From: an uncultured Actinomycetota bacterium
GTDB lineage: Bacteria > Actinomycetota > Actinomycetes > Propionibacteriales > Propionibacteriaceae
Assembly: GCA_963808905.1 (NCBI GenBank)
Contig: CAWEHO010000003.1
Span: 155,755 to 219,754 of the forward strand
DNA: 64,000 nt
Direction of reading: 5' to 3'
Part shown: positions 20,561-30,475 of the stretch, in pieces
How the letters are laid out: each line of letters starts with the position of its first letter
How positions within the stretch are numbered: the stretch's first letter is position 1
Made by a program: the position numbers and the translations under genes
Notes under the pieces: model-generated
Seen by the model: only the letters and a program-made list of their open reading frames with translations
The model's database searches: none
Told to the model about the DNA's origin: nothing

Positions 20561-20754
20561 CGGTGCAATCCCAGGCAGCGCCGGCACACACAATCAAGCA
20601 CCGCGGGTAGGTCCATGCGTAGATCCACGGCCCAAGGCTGTCGTGATCGTCTTCAGCCGAGGACCTCCTGCACGCCCGTGAGAGAATTTGCAGGATATCG
20701 AGCCCACAAATTCCCTTGTCCCATAATTCCGGGATAACCGGAGAGCGAGCACAT

Positions 20755-23700
20755 ATGGCTGTTGATCTCAATACCACAGCGGACCGGACGTCCGCCGAAG
20801 CGGAGCCGGCTCAGCATAAGCCTGTCCGCACCGATGTGCTGCGAGATGATCGCTGGCCTGACTGGCTGGCGACAGCGATGTTCGCGTTTGCGGCGCTCGT
20901 CGTGGTCGCCACCTTTATTCCGCCACTGAGACGGTACTTCGCCCGGTCGCACGACGTCGTATCGATGTTGACGATCCCGATCGTGCCGAATCTCGTCTAT
21001 GCGGCATTGCTCATCGCGGTCGGTATCGCTTTACGCCGTCGGCTTCGCGCAGCCTGGTGGATCTTCGTCATCTGGTGGATCATCCTTCCTCAGTTAGCTC
21101 GGATTGTTTCGATCTTCAGCGGTGGCCCGCTGCTGCAGATAGCAGGCCTAGTGATCATGAGCGCAGTTCTGGTGATCCTCTGGCGTGCCAAGCCGCAATT
21201 CCAGGCTCGCGGCAGGGTGAGAAATCTCTTCGCCGCGATCGCCTGCTTCCTTGCCGGCGGCGTAGTGATCTTGCTTCTCGGCACCTGGCTCGTGAGCACA
21301 TTCGGCACCACACCGGATCTACCAACCGCGACGCTCCACGTACTCGACAAGATGCTGGGCGACGTCGGGCTGGTCGACGCCGACCAGGTGCACTCGCCCT
21401 TCTGGGTCACGATCTTGTTGGACGTCCTGGGCGCGGCGGTCATCCTCGCCTCGACCTACCTGCTTTTCAAGCCACCACCAGAGACGCACACTTTGAGCGC
21501 GGTGGATGAGGCCCGGGTGCGAACCCTGCTGCGCTCTTTCGGCGATTGGGACTCACTGGGCTATTTCGCCACCCGCCGAGACAAGTCCATCATGTGGAAC
21601 ACCGGCGAACCGGCGACGGCGCAAGCAGGCGTTTCCTACCGGGTGATCGGATCGGTGAGCCTGGCCAGCGGCAACCCTGTGGGCGACCCCCAGCATTGGG
21701 GATCGGCCATCGAGCAGTGGCGTGCCAAGGCTCGCGCTCACGGTTGGTCATGCGCTGTGATGGGCGCGGGCGAGTTGGGCGGAGCCGCATATACCGAGGC
21801 CGGGCTTGACAGCGTTCGAGATCGGCGACGAAGCGATCCTCGACATGCGAACCTTCTCGCTCAACGGCCCCGGAATGAAGTCAGTGCGCCAGTCGGTCAG
21901 CAGATTGCAACGCCGCGGGTACACCACGATGTGGCCCGGCACGGTGATGTGGACCCTGCACATTTCGACGAACTGTCTGCGTCGGCGTCGCATTGGCGAG
22001 GCGACGGTGGTGACGAACGAGGCTTCTCGATGGCGCTTGGGCGTCTCGGGGACCCACTGGACGCCCAGTGCGTGCTCGTGGAGGCCCACGATGCCGAGGG
22101 CGAACTGCGAGCGTTCCTCAGCTTCGTGCCGTGGGGCCGTAACGGTTTGTCGCTCGATCTGATGCGCCGCGATCCCACCGCCGACAACGGCCTTGTCGAG
22201 CTCATGGTGGCCTCGCTGGCGGAGCGAGCAGCTGTATTCGGCATCGGGCGGGTATCGCTGAACTTTGCCATGTTCCGCGAGGCTTTCGAACGCGGCGCGG
22301 AGCTTGGCGCCGGGCCGATCGCGCGACTGTGGCGGCAGGCACTCGTGCTAGCCAGCAGGAGCTGGCAGTTGGAGTCCCTCTACCGCTCGAATGCCAAGTA
22401 CCAACCTGAGTGGCAGCCTCGATACATCTGCTTCGAGTACCCCTCAGATCTGCCTCGCGTCGGCACCGCCGCGGGCAGCGCCGAAGGTTTCCTGACGCGA
22501 CCCACGCTGGCGACGTTGAGAGGTCACGGCAACGAACCAGAGGCAGGTGCGCTGGAACGAGCCGGGGAGGAGTACGTGGCAGAGGTACAGGCCAACATTC
22601 CTGCTGAGCCTGATGCCCTTGCCGAGGCCCTGTCCACCGAAGGCTTGCCCGAACAGGTCCGCGTACGCCGCGAGAAGCTGGAGCGGCTGCGTGGCGAAGG
22701 CGTCGATCCATATCCAGTGACGTTCCCGCGCACGCACACGCTGGCCCAGGTCAGAGCCGAGGCAGGTGATCTTCCGCCGGATACGCGCACGGGTCGGCGG
22801 GTCTCAATTGCTGGCCGAGTCATCCTCAGTCGGGATGGCGGCAAGCTTTGTTTCGCCACGTTGCGCGACGGCTCCGGCGACTTGCAGGTCATGATCGCTC
22901 TCGACGCCGTTGGACCCGAGATGCTGCAGCACTGGCGGCAGGACGTCGACTTGGGTGATCACGTCGGCGTCACCGGCGAGGTGATCACCACCAAGCGCGG
23001 GGAGCTGACTGTCCGCGCCGACTCGTTCATGATCACCAGCAAGTCGATTCGACCCTTGCCCGACAAGCACAAGGGCCTCACCGACCCCGAGGCCCGCGTC
23101 CGGGCACGCTATGTCGACTTGATCGTGAGACCGGAAGCCCGTGAGGTGGCCTACGCTCGCGCCACGGTCGTCCGCAGCGTCCGCGAATCTCTGCATGATC
23201 GAGGTTTCACCGAGGTCGAGACGCCGGTCTTGCAGCTGATCCACGGCGGCGCGAACGCCCGGCCCTTCGAGACCCACATCAACGCATATGATCTTGATCT
23301 CTACCTGCGGATCGCCACCGAGTTGCACCTGAAGCGGCTGATCGTCGGAGGCATGGAGAAGGTGTTCGAGATCGGTCGCCAGTTCCGCAACGAAGGAGTT
23401 GACTTCAAGCACAACCCGGAGTTCACCTCCATGGAGGTGTATGAGACCTATGGTGACTACAACACCATGCGGGTGTTGACCCAGCAGATCATCCAGGAAG
23501 CCGCCACGGCGGTTTACGGCTCACCGATCGCGCGTAGGGCAGACGCCGATGGCAAGATCACCGAGTATGACTTCTCCGGCGACTGGCCGGTCAAGACGAT
23601 CTGCCAAGCGGTTTCGGAAGCACTGGGCGAGGAGATCACTGTTGATACCCCGGTATCGGTGCTGCACAAGCACGCTCGAGCGATCGGGCTCGAGCTCGAG

Positions 23701-24126
23701 TCCAACGCGAGCTGGGGATATGTGCTGGAGGAGATCTACGGCGAACTGTGCGAGGGCCAAACTACGACACCGGTCTTCTACACCGATTTCCCGAAGGAGA
23801 ATTCGCCGCTCGCCCGCGAACATCGGGACGATCCGCGGCTAGCGGAAAAGTGGGATCTCGTGATCTTCGGCTCGGAGCAGGGCACCGCGTATTCCGAACT
23901 GACCGATCCGCTCGAGCAACGGGAGCGGCTCGTCGCTCAATCTCTTAGGGCCGCCGCGGGCGATGCGGAGGCGATGCAGGTCGACGAGGACTTTCTCCAG
24001 GCTTTGGAGTACGGCATGCCGCCGACCGGCGGCATGGGCATGGGTATCGACCGCTTGGTGATGAACCTCACTGGCCTCGGAATCCGGGAGACGATCTTGT
24101 TCCCACTCGTGAAGCCACAGGCCTGA
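20755..24126 (+). CDS. lysX: Bifunctional lysylphosphatidylglycerol synthetase / lysine--tRNA ligase LysX
   Basis: TM domain, MprF-like SLGYFATRRDKS and SLDLMRR, then class II LysRS (GGANARPFETH, FRNEG, GMPPTGGMGMGIDRL). Two compensating indels at ~21803 and ~21930. Confidence 0.93.
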   Translation: MAVDLNTTADRTSAEAEPAQHKPVRTDVLRDDRWPDWLATAMFAFAALVVVATFIPPLRRYFARSHDVVSMLTIPIVPNLVYAALLIAVGIALRRRLRAAWWIFVIWWIILPQLARIVSIFSGGPLLQIAGLVIMSAVLVILWRAKPQFQARGRVRNLFAAIACFLAGGVVILLLGTWLVSTFGTTPDLPTATLHVLDKMLGDVGLVDADQVHSPFWVTILLDVLGAAVILASTYLLFKPPPETHTLSAVDEARVRTLLRSFGDWDSLGYFATRRDKSIMWNTGEPATAQAGVSYRVIGSVSLASGNPVGDPQHWGSAIEQWRAKARAHGWSCAVMGAGELGGAAYTEAGLDSVRDRRRSDPRHANLLAQRPRNEVSAPVGQQIATPRVHHDVARHGDVDPAHFDELSASASHWRGDGGDERGFSMALGRLGDPLDAQCVLVEAHDAEGELRAFLSFVPWGRNGLSLDLMRRDPTADNGLVELMVASLAERAAVFGIGRVSLNFAMFREAFERGAELGAGPIARLWRQALVLASRSWQLESLYRSNAKYQPEWQPRYICFEYPSDLPRVGTAAGSAEGFLTRPTLATLRGHGNEPEAGALERAGEEYVAEVQANIPAEPDALAEALSTEGLPEQVRVRREKLERLRGEGVDPYPVTFPRTHTLAQVRAEAGDLPPDTRTGRRVSIAGRVILSRDGGKLCFATLRDGSGDLQVMIALDAVGPEMLQHWRQDVDLGDHVGVTGEVITTKRGELTVRADSFMITSKSIRPLPDKHKGLTDPEARVRARYVDLIVRPEAREVAYARATVVRSVRESLHDRGFTEVETPVLQLIHGGANARPFETHINAYDLDLYLRIATELHLKRLIVGGMEKVFEIGRQFRNEGVDFKHNPEFTSMEVYETYGDYNTMRVLTQQIIQEAATAVYGSPIARRADADGKITEYDFSGDWPVKTICQAVSEALGEEITVDTPVSVLHKHARAIGLELESNASWGYVLEEIYGELCEGQTTTPVFYTDFPKENSPLAREHRDDPRLAEKWDLVIFGSEQGTAYSELTDPLEQRERLVAQSLRAAAGDAEAMQVDEDFLQALEYGMPPTGGMGMGIDRLVMNLTGLGIRETILFPLVKPQA

Positions 24127-24143
24127 GCGGTCCCAGAATGCAC

Positions 24144-24180
24144 GCTGAGCCTGTCGAAGGCGCGGACTGACAAGCTCAGC
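24144..24180. repeat. REP-like hairpin between convergent genes (possible bidirectional terminator)
   Basis: GCTGAGCCTGTC (24144-24155) pairs with GACAAGCTCAGC (24169-24180); same family as the 26150 and 33086 copies. Confidence 0.7.
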
Positions 24181-24190
24181 CCGCACTTCG

Positions 24191-26068
24191 TCAGAAGGAG
24201 CCTGATCGAGCGATCGCGTCCGAGAGCCGGCCCGTCAAGCCCTTCTCTTCGGCGATGTCTGCGCGTTCTTTGACGCCGAGGTCCGGTTGGTCCGAGATGA
24301 TGCCGTCGACCGCGTCGTTCAAGTAGTCGCGCATCTGCTGCTGGTCGTCGACTGTCCAGACGATCACGTTGTAGCCGGCCGCCCACGCCTGTCGTTCGAA
24401 TCTGGGGCTGTAGGACTGCTGTTCAACGACGAGAAAGTCGGCCTCGACATTGGGTACGCCACCGAAGTTGATCGGCATGATGAAACCGACAACCACTTGG
24501 GGCCGCAGTCGCTTCAGCTCCTCGACTACCTCTCTGCTGAGCGTGTGGTAGGTGTAGGACTCCGTCACCCCGGCTCGATCGAGCACGGCAAGCAGTCGCG
24601 GCACCAGATCGGGAGTTTCGCCACCGTGCAGCTTGATCTCGAGCAATTGAGGCAGGTTGAGCTGAATCGACAGCTGGATCCACTCCTCGAGCGAGGGGAT
24701 CTTGGCCTCCATATTTCCCGATCGGACAGTGATCTGCGTCAACTCGTCTTGGGTGAGATCCTTGACGTTGAGATTCTTGCCTGCCAATCGCTTGAGGTTG
24801 GTGTCGTGCATCACGACAAACTTTCCATCCTTGGTTTCCATCACGTCGAACTCAACCCTGTCGGCTCCAGCCTTGGCGGCCGCCTGCAGTGCGGGAAGAG
24901 TGTTTTCAACCCCGCCCTGGACGAATCCGCGATGGGCTATGACCTCGGTCTCCTCGCTGTCGACGAGATTGAGCATGGTCTGGTGGTTCAACACGGCGGT
25001 GACAGCGAAAGCCACCACAATCACCACCGCCGACAAACCCCAGAGCACATTGCGACGCCGAACCGTGATGTGCGAGGGCTCTGAGTATGAAATAACGACC
25101 GGGGTATGTCGATGACCTTCGGGCAATCGGGCCAGCCAATCGCGCATCATCGCGGTCAGCGATTGGACGATCATGATCGTGAGCAGTGCCGTGATCACAA
25201 AGATGCCGATCTGCCAGACACTGAGTCCAACGGCGGCCATCCACGCTGACGCAGCGGGTTCGAGCAGGTCGGTGGCGATCGTTGGGGTGATGGTCAACGC
25301 GGCCAGTAGAAATGTGGCGAGCCCCGCCGGGATGGAGACGACAATCAGCAGGCCGACGATGCGCAGTGACCGCCAACGTGTCAGCCGCCAGCTGGTCACG
25401 AAGGCTTCCCAGACACCAGCTGTTGTCGTACCCAGCAGCGGCAGAGTGAAGAGCAATCGCACATTCGCGTAGAAGACCACGAGCAAAAAGGCGCCATAGA
25501 GGAGGCTTCCCGACCCGCTCTTGGTCAGTTCCTCACTGACGAATGGTGGCACCGCCACCTTCTTGGTCAAGATCGCGGTTAGTCCTAGCTGGCCCAGTGG
25601 CAGCAACAAGATCAGGTAGATGACCATCAGCAGGCCCTGCGGGTGAACCAGTTTCTTGATCGTCTCCCAAACCTGATGGAGCATCAGCCGGAACGAGGTG
25701 GCATCGCCGTCCTGGTGGTGCGATGCCACCACGAACAATGTGATCAGTTCGGCCATGATCGTGACAACTGCGACGATCGCGATCAGCAACAGCGTGACGT
25801 CGGCCAGCGGATTGCGCAGCACATGAGAAATCCGGTCGTACGCGATGCTGCCCAACCCCGTCTCAACCAGCACCAGTTGATAGAGCAACCGGATCACCGG
25901 AATGGCGATGACGAGCACCAACAGCTGCATTGCGCCAACCACGAGGACATACAGCTGTGGCCTACGCCACGTCGTGCGATGCGCGGTACGGATGGCGCGG
26001 AAGATGCCAACTGGCTTGTCAGTTGATTGGGGTAGTCGCTTCTCCTCAGCAAGCTTGCTCGCACCCAC
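24191..26068 (-). CDS. Membrane-domain glycerophosphodiester phosphodiesterase
   Basis: N-terminal multi-TM domain plus AHRG...ENT, VEFDV, VVMHD, LLEIK, VWTVD, DGIISD GDPD motifs. Confidence 0.9.
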   Translation of the reverse strand: MGASKLAEEKRLPQSTDKPVGIFRAIRTAHRTTWRRPQLYVLVVGAMQLLVLVIAIPVIRLLYQLVLVETGLGSIAYDRISHVLRNPLADVTLLLIAIVAVVTIMAELITLFVVASHHQDGDATSFRLMLHQVWETIKKLVHPQGLLMVIYLILLLPLGQLGLTAILTKKVAVPPFVSEELTKSGSGSLLYGAFLLVVFYANVRLLFTLPLLGTTTAGVWEAFVTSWRLTRWRSLRIVGLLIVVSIPAGLATFLLAALTITPTIATDLLEPAASAWMAAVGLSVWQIGIFVITALLTIMIVQSLTAMMRDWLARLPEGHRHTPVVISYSEPSHITVRRRNVLWGLSAVVIVVAFAVTAVLNHQTMLNLVDSEETEVIAHRGFVQGGVENTLPALQAAAKAGADRVEFDVMETKDGKFVVMHDTNLKRLAGKNLNVKDLTQDELTQITVRSGNMEAKIPSLEEWIQLSIQLNLPQLLEIKLHGGETPDLVPRLLAVLDRAGVTESYTYHTLSREVVEELKRLRPQVVVGFIMPINFGGVPNVEADFLVVEQQSYSPRFERQAWAAGYNVIVWTVDDQQQMRDYLNDAVDGIISDQPDLGVKERADIAEEKGLTGRLSDAIARSGSF

Positions 26069-26149
26069 TTGGCATCACCTACTGAGGTTCCGCGTCATCT
26101 CCAGATAATGCCAAGTCCACGTAAGAATAATGCGAAGTAAGAATGCGTC

Positions 26150-26187
26150 CTGAGCCCTTCGACAAGCTCAGGGCGGCGCCTGTCGAA
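26150..26187 (+). repeat. REP-like palindromic element
   Basis: CTGAGCCCTTCGACAAGCTCAGGGCGGCGCCTGTCGAA; 36/38 identical to the reverse complement of 33086-33123. Confidence 0.85.
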
Positions 26188-26201
26188 AGGCGCATCAAGC
26201 G

Positions 26202-27416
26202 CTATCCAGATGTCGGAGCCCTTCGCTTGATACCAAAGAGCGTGAAGAGCAATGCGCCGGCCGCAGTGATCGTCAGCAGCACCAGTCCGATTGTGTAACT
26301 GTGCTGGGCCTCGTTGTACGTGGCTCCCATGACCAGTGGCGGGAAGAAGCCTCCCAGCCCGCCGCATGCGCCGACGATTCCGGTGATCGCGCCGACTCGC
26401 TCGGCGGGTGCCAGCTCAGCAACCCACGCGAAAACTCCGCCGGTGCCGAGTCCGAGGAAGAGTGCCAGCAGAACGAATGACGTACCCGCTGGAATCTCCG
26501 GTGGCAGCCTGAGCGCGACGATCACGGACATGACGGCTGCCCCGGCGAGAGAGATGGCGACAACCTTACGCGGGCCGATCTTGTCGGCCAGAATGCCACC
26601 GACGGGACGCGCGATCACTGCTGCGATGGCGAAGCCTGCGGTTCTGGTGCCAGCCTCGGTCAAGCCGAAGCCGTAGACATTCTTCAAATAGGTCGGCAGG
26701 TAGGTGGAGAAGGCCACGAACCCGCCGAAAGCAACGGCGTAGAGGAACGACATCTGCCAGGTGAGTGGCAGCTTGGCGGCGGCGGTCAGCTTGGGTACGA
26801 CGGGTGCGAGATTGGGCTTCCAGGCCGGTGAGTCTCGCATCAGCAACCAAAGCACGGCGCCGACAACCACCAGGGCGGCAGCTATCAGCAAATGGGTCGG
26901 GACGTAGCCGATGGTCTTCACCAGTCGCGGAGTGAAGAACGCGGAGAGTGCGGTGCCGCCCATGCCAGCGCCGAAGACCCCGGTCGCGAAACCCCGTCGT
27001 GCTGGTTCGAACCAGGCGTTGACGAATGGGATGCCGACGGCGAATGTGGTGCCGGCGATCCCAAGAAAGAAACCGAAGACCAGCAGCAACGGGTAGGACT
27101 TCAACGAGCCCGCGAAGGCAACGAGTAGCACAGGGATGGCCGAGGCGAGCGTGAGCACGGTGAACATCAGGCGACCGCCATAACGGTCGGTGAGGGCTCC
27201 GACCGGGACCCGGCCCAAGGATCCGACGAGCACCGGCATGGCAACAAGCAGCGATTGCTGGGTCGAACTCAGGCCCAGTTGAGTGCTGTATTGCACGCCG
27301 AGCGGCGCAATGATGTTCCACGCCCAGAAGGTGATCGTGAACCCGAGGAGCGCCAGAATCAGGTTCTTGGTCTGACCCGTCTGAAGTGTCGTGGCACTTG
27401 CAGTCGTGCTGGTCAC
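26202..27416 (-). CDS. narK: NarK-type nitrate/nitrite MFS transporter
   Basis: GTG 27416 after a GAGAGGAAG RBS. GSLGRVPVG, GTTFAVG, GVFGAG, FGGFVA, ARPVGG, GGLGGFFPP nitrate signatures; directly after narI. Confidence 0.92.
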   Translation of the reverse strand: MTSTTASATTLQTGQTKNLILALLGFTITFWAWNIIAPLGVQYSTQLGLSSTQQSLLVAMPVLVGSLGRVPVGALTDRYGGRLMFTVLTLASAIPVLLVAFAGSLKSYPLLLVFGFFLGIAGTTFAVGIPFVNAWFEPARRGFATGVFGAGMGGTALSAFFTPRLVKTIGYVPTHLLIAAALVVVGAVLWLLMRDSPAWKPNLAPVVPKLTAAAKLPLTWQMSFLYAVAFGGFVAFSTYLPTYLKNVYGFGLTEAGTRTAGFAIAAVIARPVGGILADKIGPRKVVAISLAGAAVMSVIVALRLPPEIPAGTSFVLLALFLGLGTGGVFAWVAELAPAERVGAITGIVGACGGLGGFFPPLVMGATYNEAQHSYTIGLVLLTITAAGALLFTLFGIKRRAPTSG

Positions 27417-27429
27417 CAAACTCTTCCTC

Positions 27430-28182
27430 TCAGGCGTCTCGGGAGCGGTCGCGCGTGCCGACAGGTGCCCAGCCGCGGTGGGTTGGGGCGGCTCCCGGAG
27501 CTGGCAGATCATCCCGGCTCCGGTAGACGATGTAGGGACGGAACAGGTAGTGCAGCGGAACCGTGAAGGCATGCACCAACCGCGTGAATGGCCAGATGGT
27601 GAACAGCAGCATCCCGATGAGAGTGTGGACCTGGAAGGCGAGCGGAGCCGCCGCCATCGAGTCGATCTTGGGCGAGAAGTAGAACAGCGAGCGGAACCAG
27701 GGAGACACAGTGTCCCGGTACGTCGCGTCGGAGTGTCCGCCGAACACGCTGAGCACCGTGGTCGCCAACCCGGCCACGATCGCCGCCACCAGGACCACAT
27801 ACATCGCCTTGTCGTTCTTCGTGGTAGCCATGAACACCGGACCGGTGGTGCGGCGACGATAGATCAAGATCAATATCCCGGCCAGGGTGCAGAGGCCGGC
27901 GAGAGTGCCCCACAGCAACGCATTGAAGTGATAGATGCCTTCGGTGATTCCGAGCGCCGCGGTCCACGACTTCGGGATCACCAGACCGCCGAAGTGGCCG
28001 ACGATCACGACGAGAATTCCGAAGTGGAACAACGGAGAGCCGATCCGCAGCAGCCGCGACTCGTAGAGCTGCGATGATCTTGTGGTCCACCCGAACTGGT
28101 CGTAGCGATACCGCCAGATGAGTCCGCCGACCAGGATCGCCATCATGACGTACGGCAGGACGCCCCACAGCAAGACGCTCAT
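27430..28182 (-). CDS. narI: Respiratory nitrate reductase gamma subunit
   Basis: RYDQFGWTTRSSQLYE, LFHFG..GH, FQVH, WPFTRLVH haem b ligand motifs. Confidence 0.95.
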   Translation of the reverse strand: MSVLLWGVLPYVMMAILVGGLIWRYRYDQFGWTTRSSQLYESRLLRIGSPLFHFGILVVIVGHFGGLVIPKSWTAALGITEGIYHFNALLWGTLAGLCTLAGILILIYRRRTTGPVFMATTKNDKAMYVVLVAAIVAGLATTVLSVFGGHSDATYRDTVSPWFRSLFYFSPKIDSMAAAPLAFQVHTLIGMLLFTIWPFTRLVHAFTVPLHYLFRPYIVYRSRDDLPAPGAAPTHRGWAPVGTRDRSRDA

Positions 28183-28818
28183 CGTGGCGCTCCCTTGGGC
28201 AGAAGTGGAAGGGATTTCGGCTCCAGCCCGACCATCTCCGCCGGCGGACCGGCGGCCGCCATTGCCATGACGGCCTTGCGATCGGCTGGTGACGAGCCGG
28301 GCAAGGTCGCACACACGGCTGTCACTACACCGGCGTACGGCGTGCTCCGTTCGATCAGAGCCAATCGCAGCAGCTCGAGGCTGCTGCGGTACTGCTGCAG
28401 CAATGCGGTCCCATCGACCGGGTCGACGACTGCCGCGTATTCCAGCACCATCGGCAGGTAGTCGGGCAGCTCGCCCCTGGTGTCGACCAGGAAACCGGAA
28501 CGCCGGTAGCGCTGCTTGAACGCGGCCAGGACTTCACCGCGCCGGCGGGTGTCGCCGTCGGTCCAGTACGACAGGTAGAGGCTGTGCTTGCGGGACAGAT
28601 CAAAGACATCGACGTAGTGGGTTTGGATCGCTGCCAGATCCGACGAATCCCAGAACGCGAGCAGCAGCTCGAAAGCTCTCGACCGCGTCCGGAGCGCTCT
28701 CAGCCAGGGCCGTACGAAGCAAACCCGACGTTGCGATGATGTCAGCTTCCGGATAACCCAGGCAGACCGCGGCCGCCTGACGAACCACCCGCGCCGACCC
28801 TCGGCGCTGCCTTTTCAC
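28179..28818 (-). CDS. narJ: Nitrate reductase molybdenum cofactor assembly chaperone (apparent +1 frameshift at ~28673)
   Basis: CLGYP, YVDVFD, LYLSYWTDGDTRRRG, ELPDYLP. Removing one T in a TTT run joins the two frames; GTGA/ATGA overlaps at both ends. Confidence 0.88.
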
Positions 28819-30475
28819 GCTGGCTCCCCGCGGCTGGGGAACATTCCCTCGGGTGCACCCTTGCCATCCCAATTGAGCAAATTCACCCGGCCCTGGAGCT
28901 CCTCGCCGGAAACACTCACGTCCGATGTCTGCCGTTGCCGCAGCGCATGGAAGGTCTCGACGGCGACTGGGGACGGGCGGCCACTGGCTTCCCCGAAGGG
29001 TCCCTGCTCGTACGGCCCACCGTCGAAGTCGAGCGAGCAGCCGAGTTCCTCCAGCTCGTGGGCCTGCTCGACGTGGGCGGTGGGGATCACGTAGCGCTCG
29101 TGGTATTTCGCGATGGCCATCAAGCGGTACATCTCGCGCATGCTCTGGTCGGTCATGCCCACCGATGCAGCAATCGAATCGTCCTGTGGCTGATCCAGAG
29201 TGATGTTGCGCATATGCGCGCGCATGGCCGCCAAGATCGTCAGCACGCGCTCGATCTCGCCCACGTCCCCTGCGGTGAACAGCTCTGCCAGGTACTCCAG
29301 TGGAATCCGCAGTGCTCGAATGGCCCCGAACAGGACACCCGGTGATTCAGCCTCGTGGCCTTGATCACGAAGCAGATCGACGATCGGCGAAAGCGGCGGG
29401 ATGTACCAGACCATCGGCATCGTGCGATATTCCGGATGCAACGGAAGCGCGACCTTGTAGCTCTTGGCCAGTGCGTACACCGGCGAGCGACGTGCGGCAT
29501 CGAGCCAGTCGGCCGGGATGCCCTGCTGCCGAGCTGCAGCAACGACCTCGGATCATTGGGGATCCAAGATCAGATCCAGCTGCGCGGCGTACAGGTCCTT
29601 CACATCGGGTGTCCTGCGGCCGCGGTGGTGACCCGGTCGGCGTCATAGAGGAAGAGGCCGAGGTAGCGCAGCCGTCCGACGCAGGTCTCCGAGCACACCG
29701 TCGGCAGCCCGACCTCGATCCGCGGATAGCACAGCGTGCACTTCTCGGCCTTGCCCGTCTTGTGGTTGAAATAGATCTTCTTGTACGGACAGCCAGTCAC
29801 GCACTGCCGCCAACCACGGCAACGATCTTGGTCGACCAGCACGATGCCGTCCTCGGCCCGTTTGTAGATCGCACCCGAAGGGCAGGACGCCATGCACGAC
29901 GGGTTCAGGCAGTGCTCGCAGATCCGCGGCAGGTAGAACATAAAGGTCTGCTGGAAGTCGAACTTGATCTTCTCTTCGGACTGCTGCCGTACCCGCTGCA
30001 CGATCGGGTCGAGATGTCCCTGTTCGCTGACGCCGCCGAGGTTGTCGTCCCAGTTCGCCGACCAGGTGATCTTGGTGTCCTCGCCGGTGATCAACGACTT
30101 GGGCCGGGCCACCGGAAAGTCGTCACCAAGTGGTGCATCGATCAACGTCCGATAGTCGTACGTCCACGGCTCGTAGTAGTCCGCGAGTTTGGGTTGCACC
30201 GGGGAGGCGAAGATGCCTAGCAACTTGCGGACCCTGCCCCCGGCCTTGAGCTTCAGCCGGCCACGGCTGTTCAGCGTCCAGCCGCCCCGCCAGGCTTCCT
30301 GATCTTCGTAACGGCGCGGATAGCCCTGGCCGGGCCGGGTCTCCACATTGTTGAACCAGACGTACTCCGTGCCAGCCCGGTTGGTCCAGGCCTGCTTGCA
30401 GGTCACCGAACAGGTGTGGCAACCAATGCACTTGTCCAGGTTCATCACCATGCCCATCTGGGCCATGACGCGCAT
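28815..30475 (-). CDS. narH: Respiratory nitrate reductase beta subunit (apparent frameshift at ~29613)
   Basis: MVMNLDKCIGCHTC, CEHCLNPSC, CRGWRQC, KCTLCYP, then in the other frame ALPLHPEYRTMPMVWY. Confidence 0.93.
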
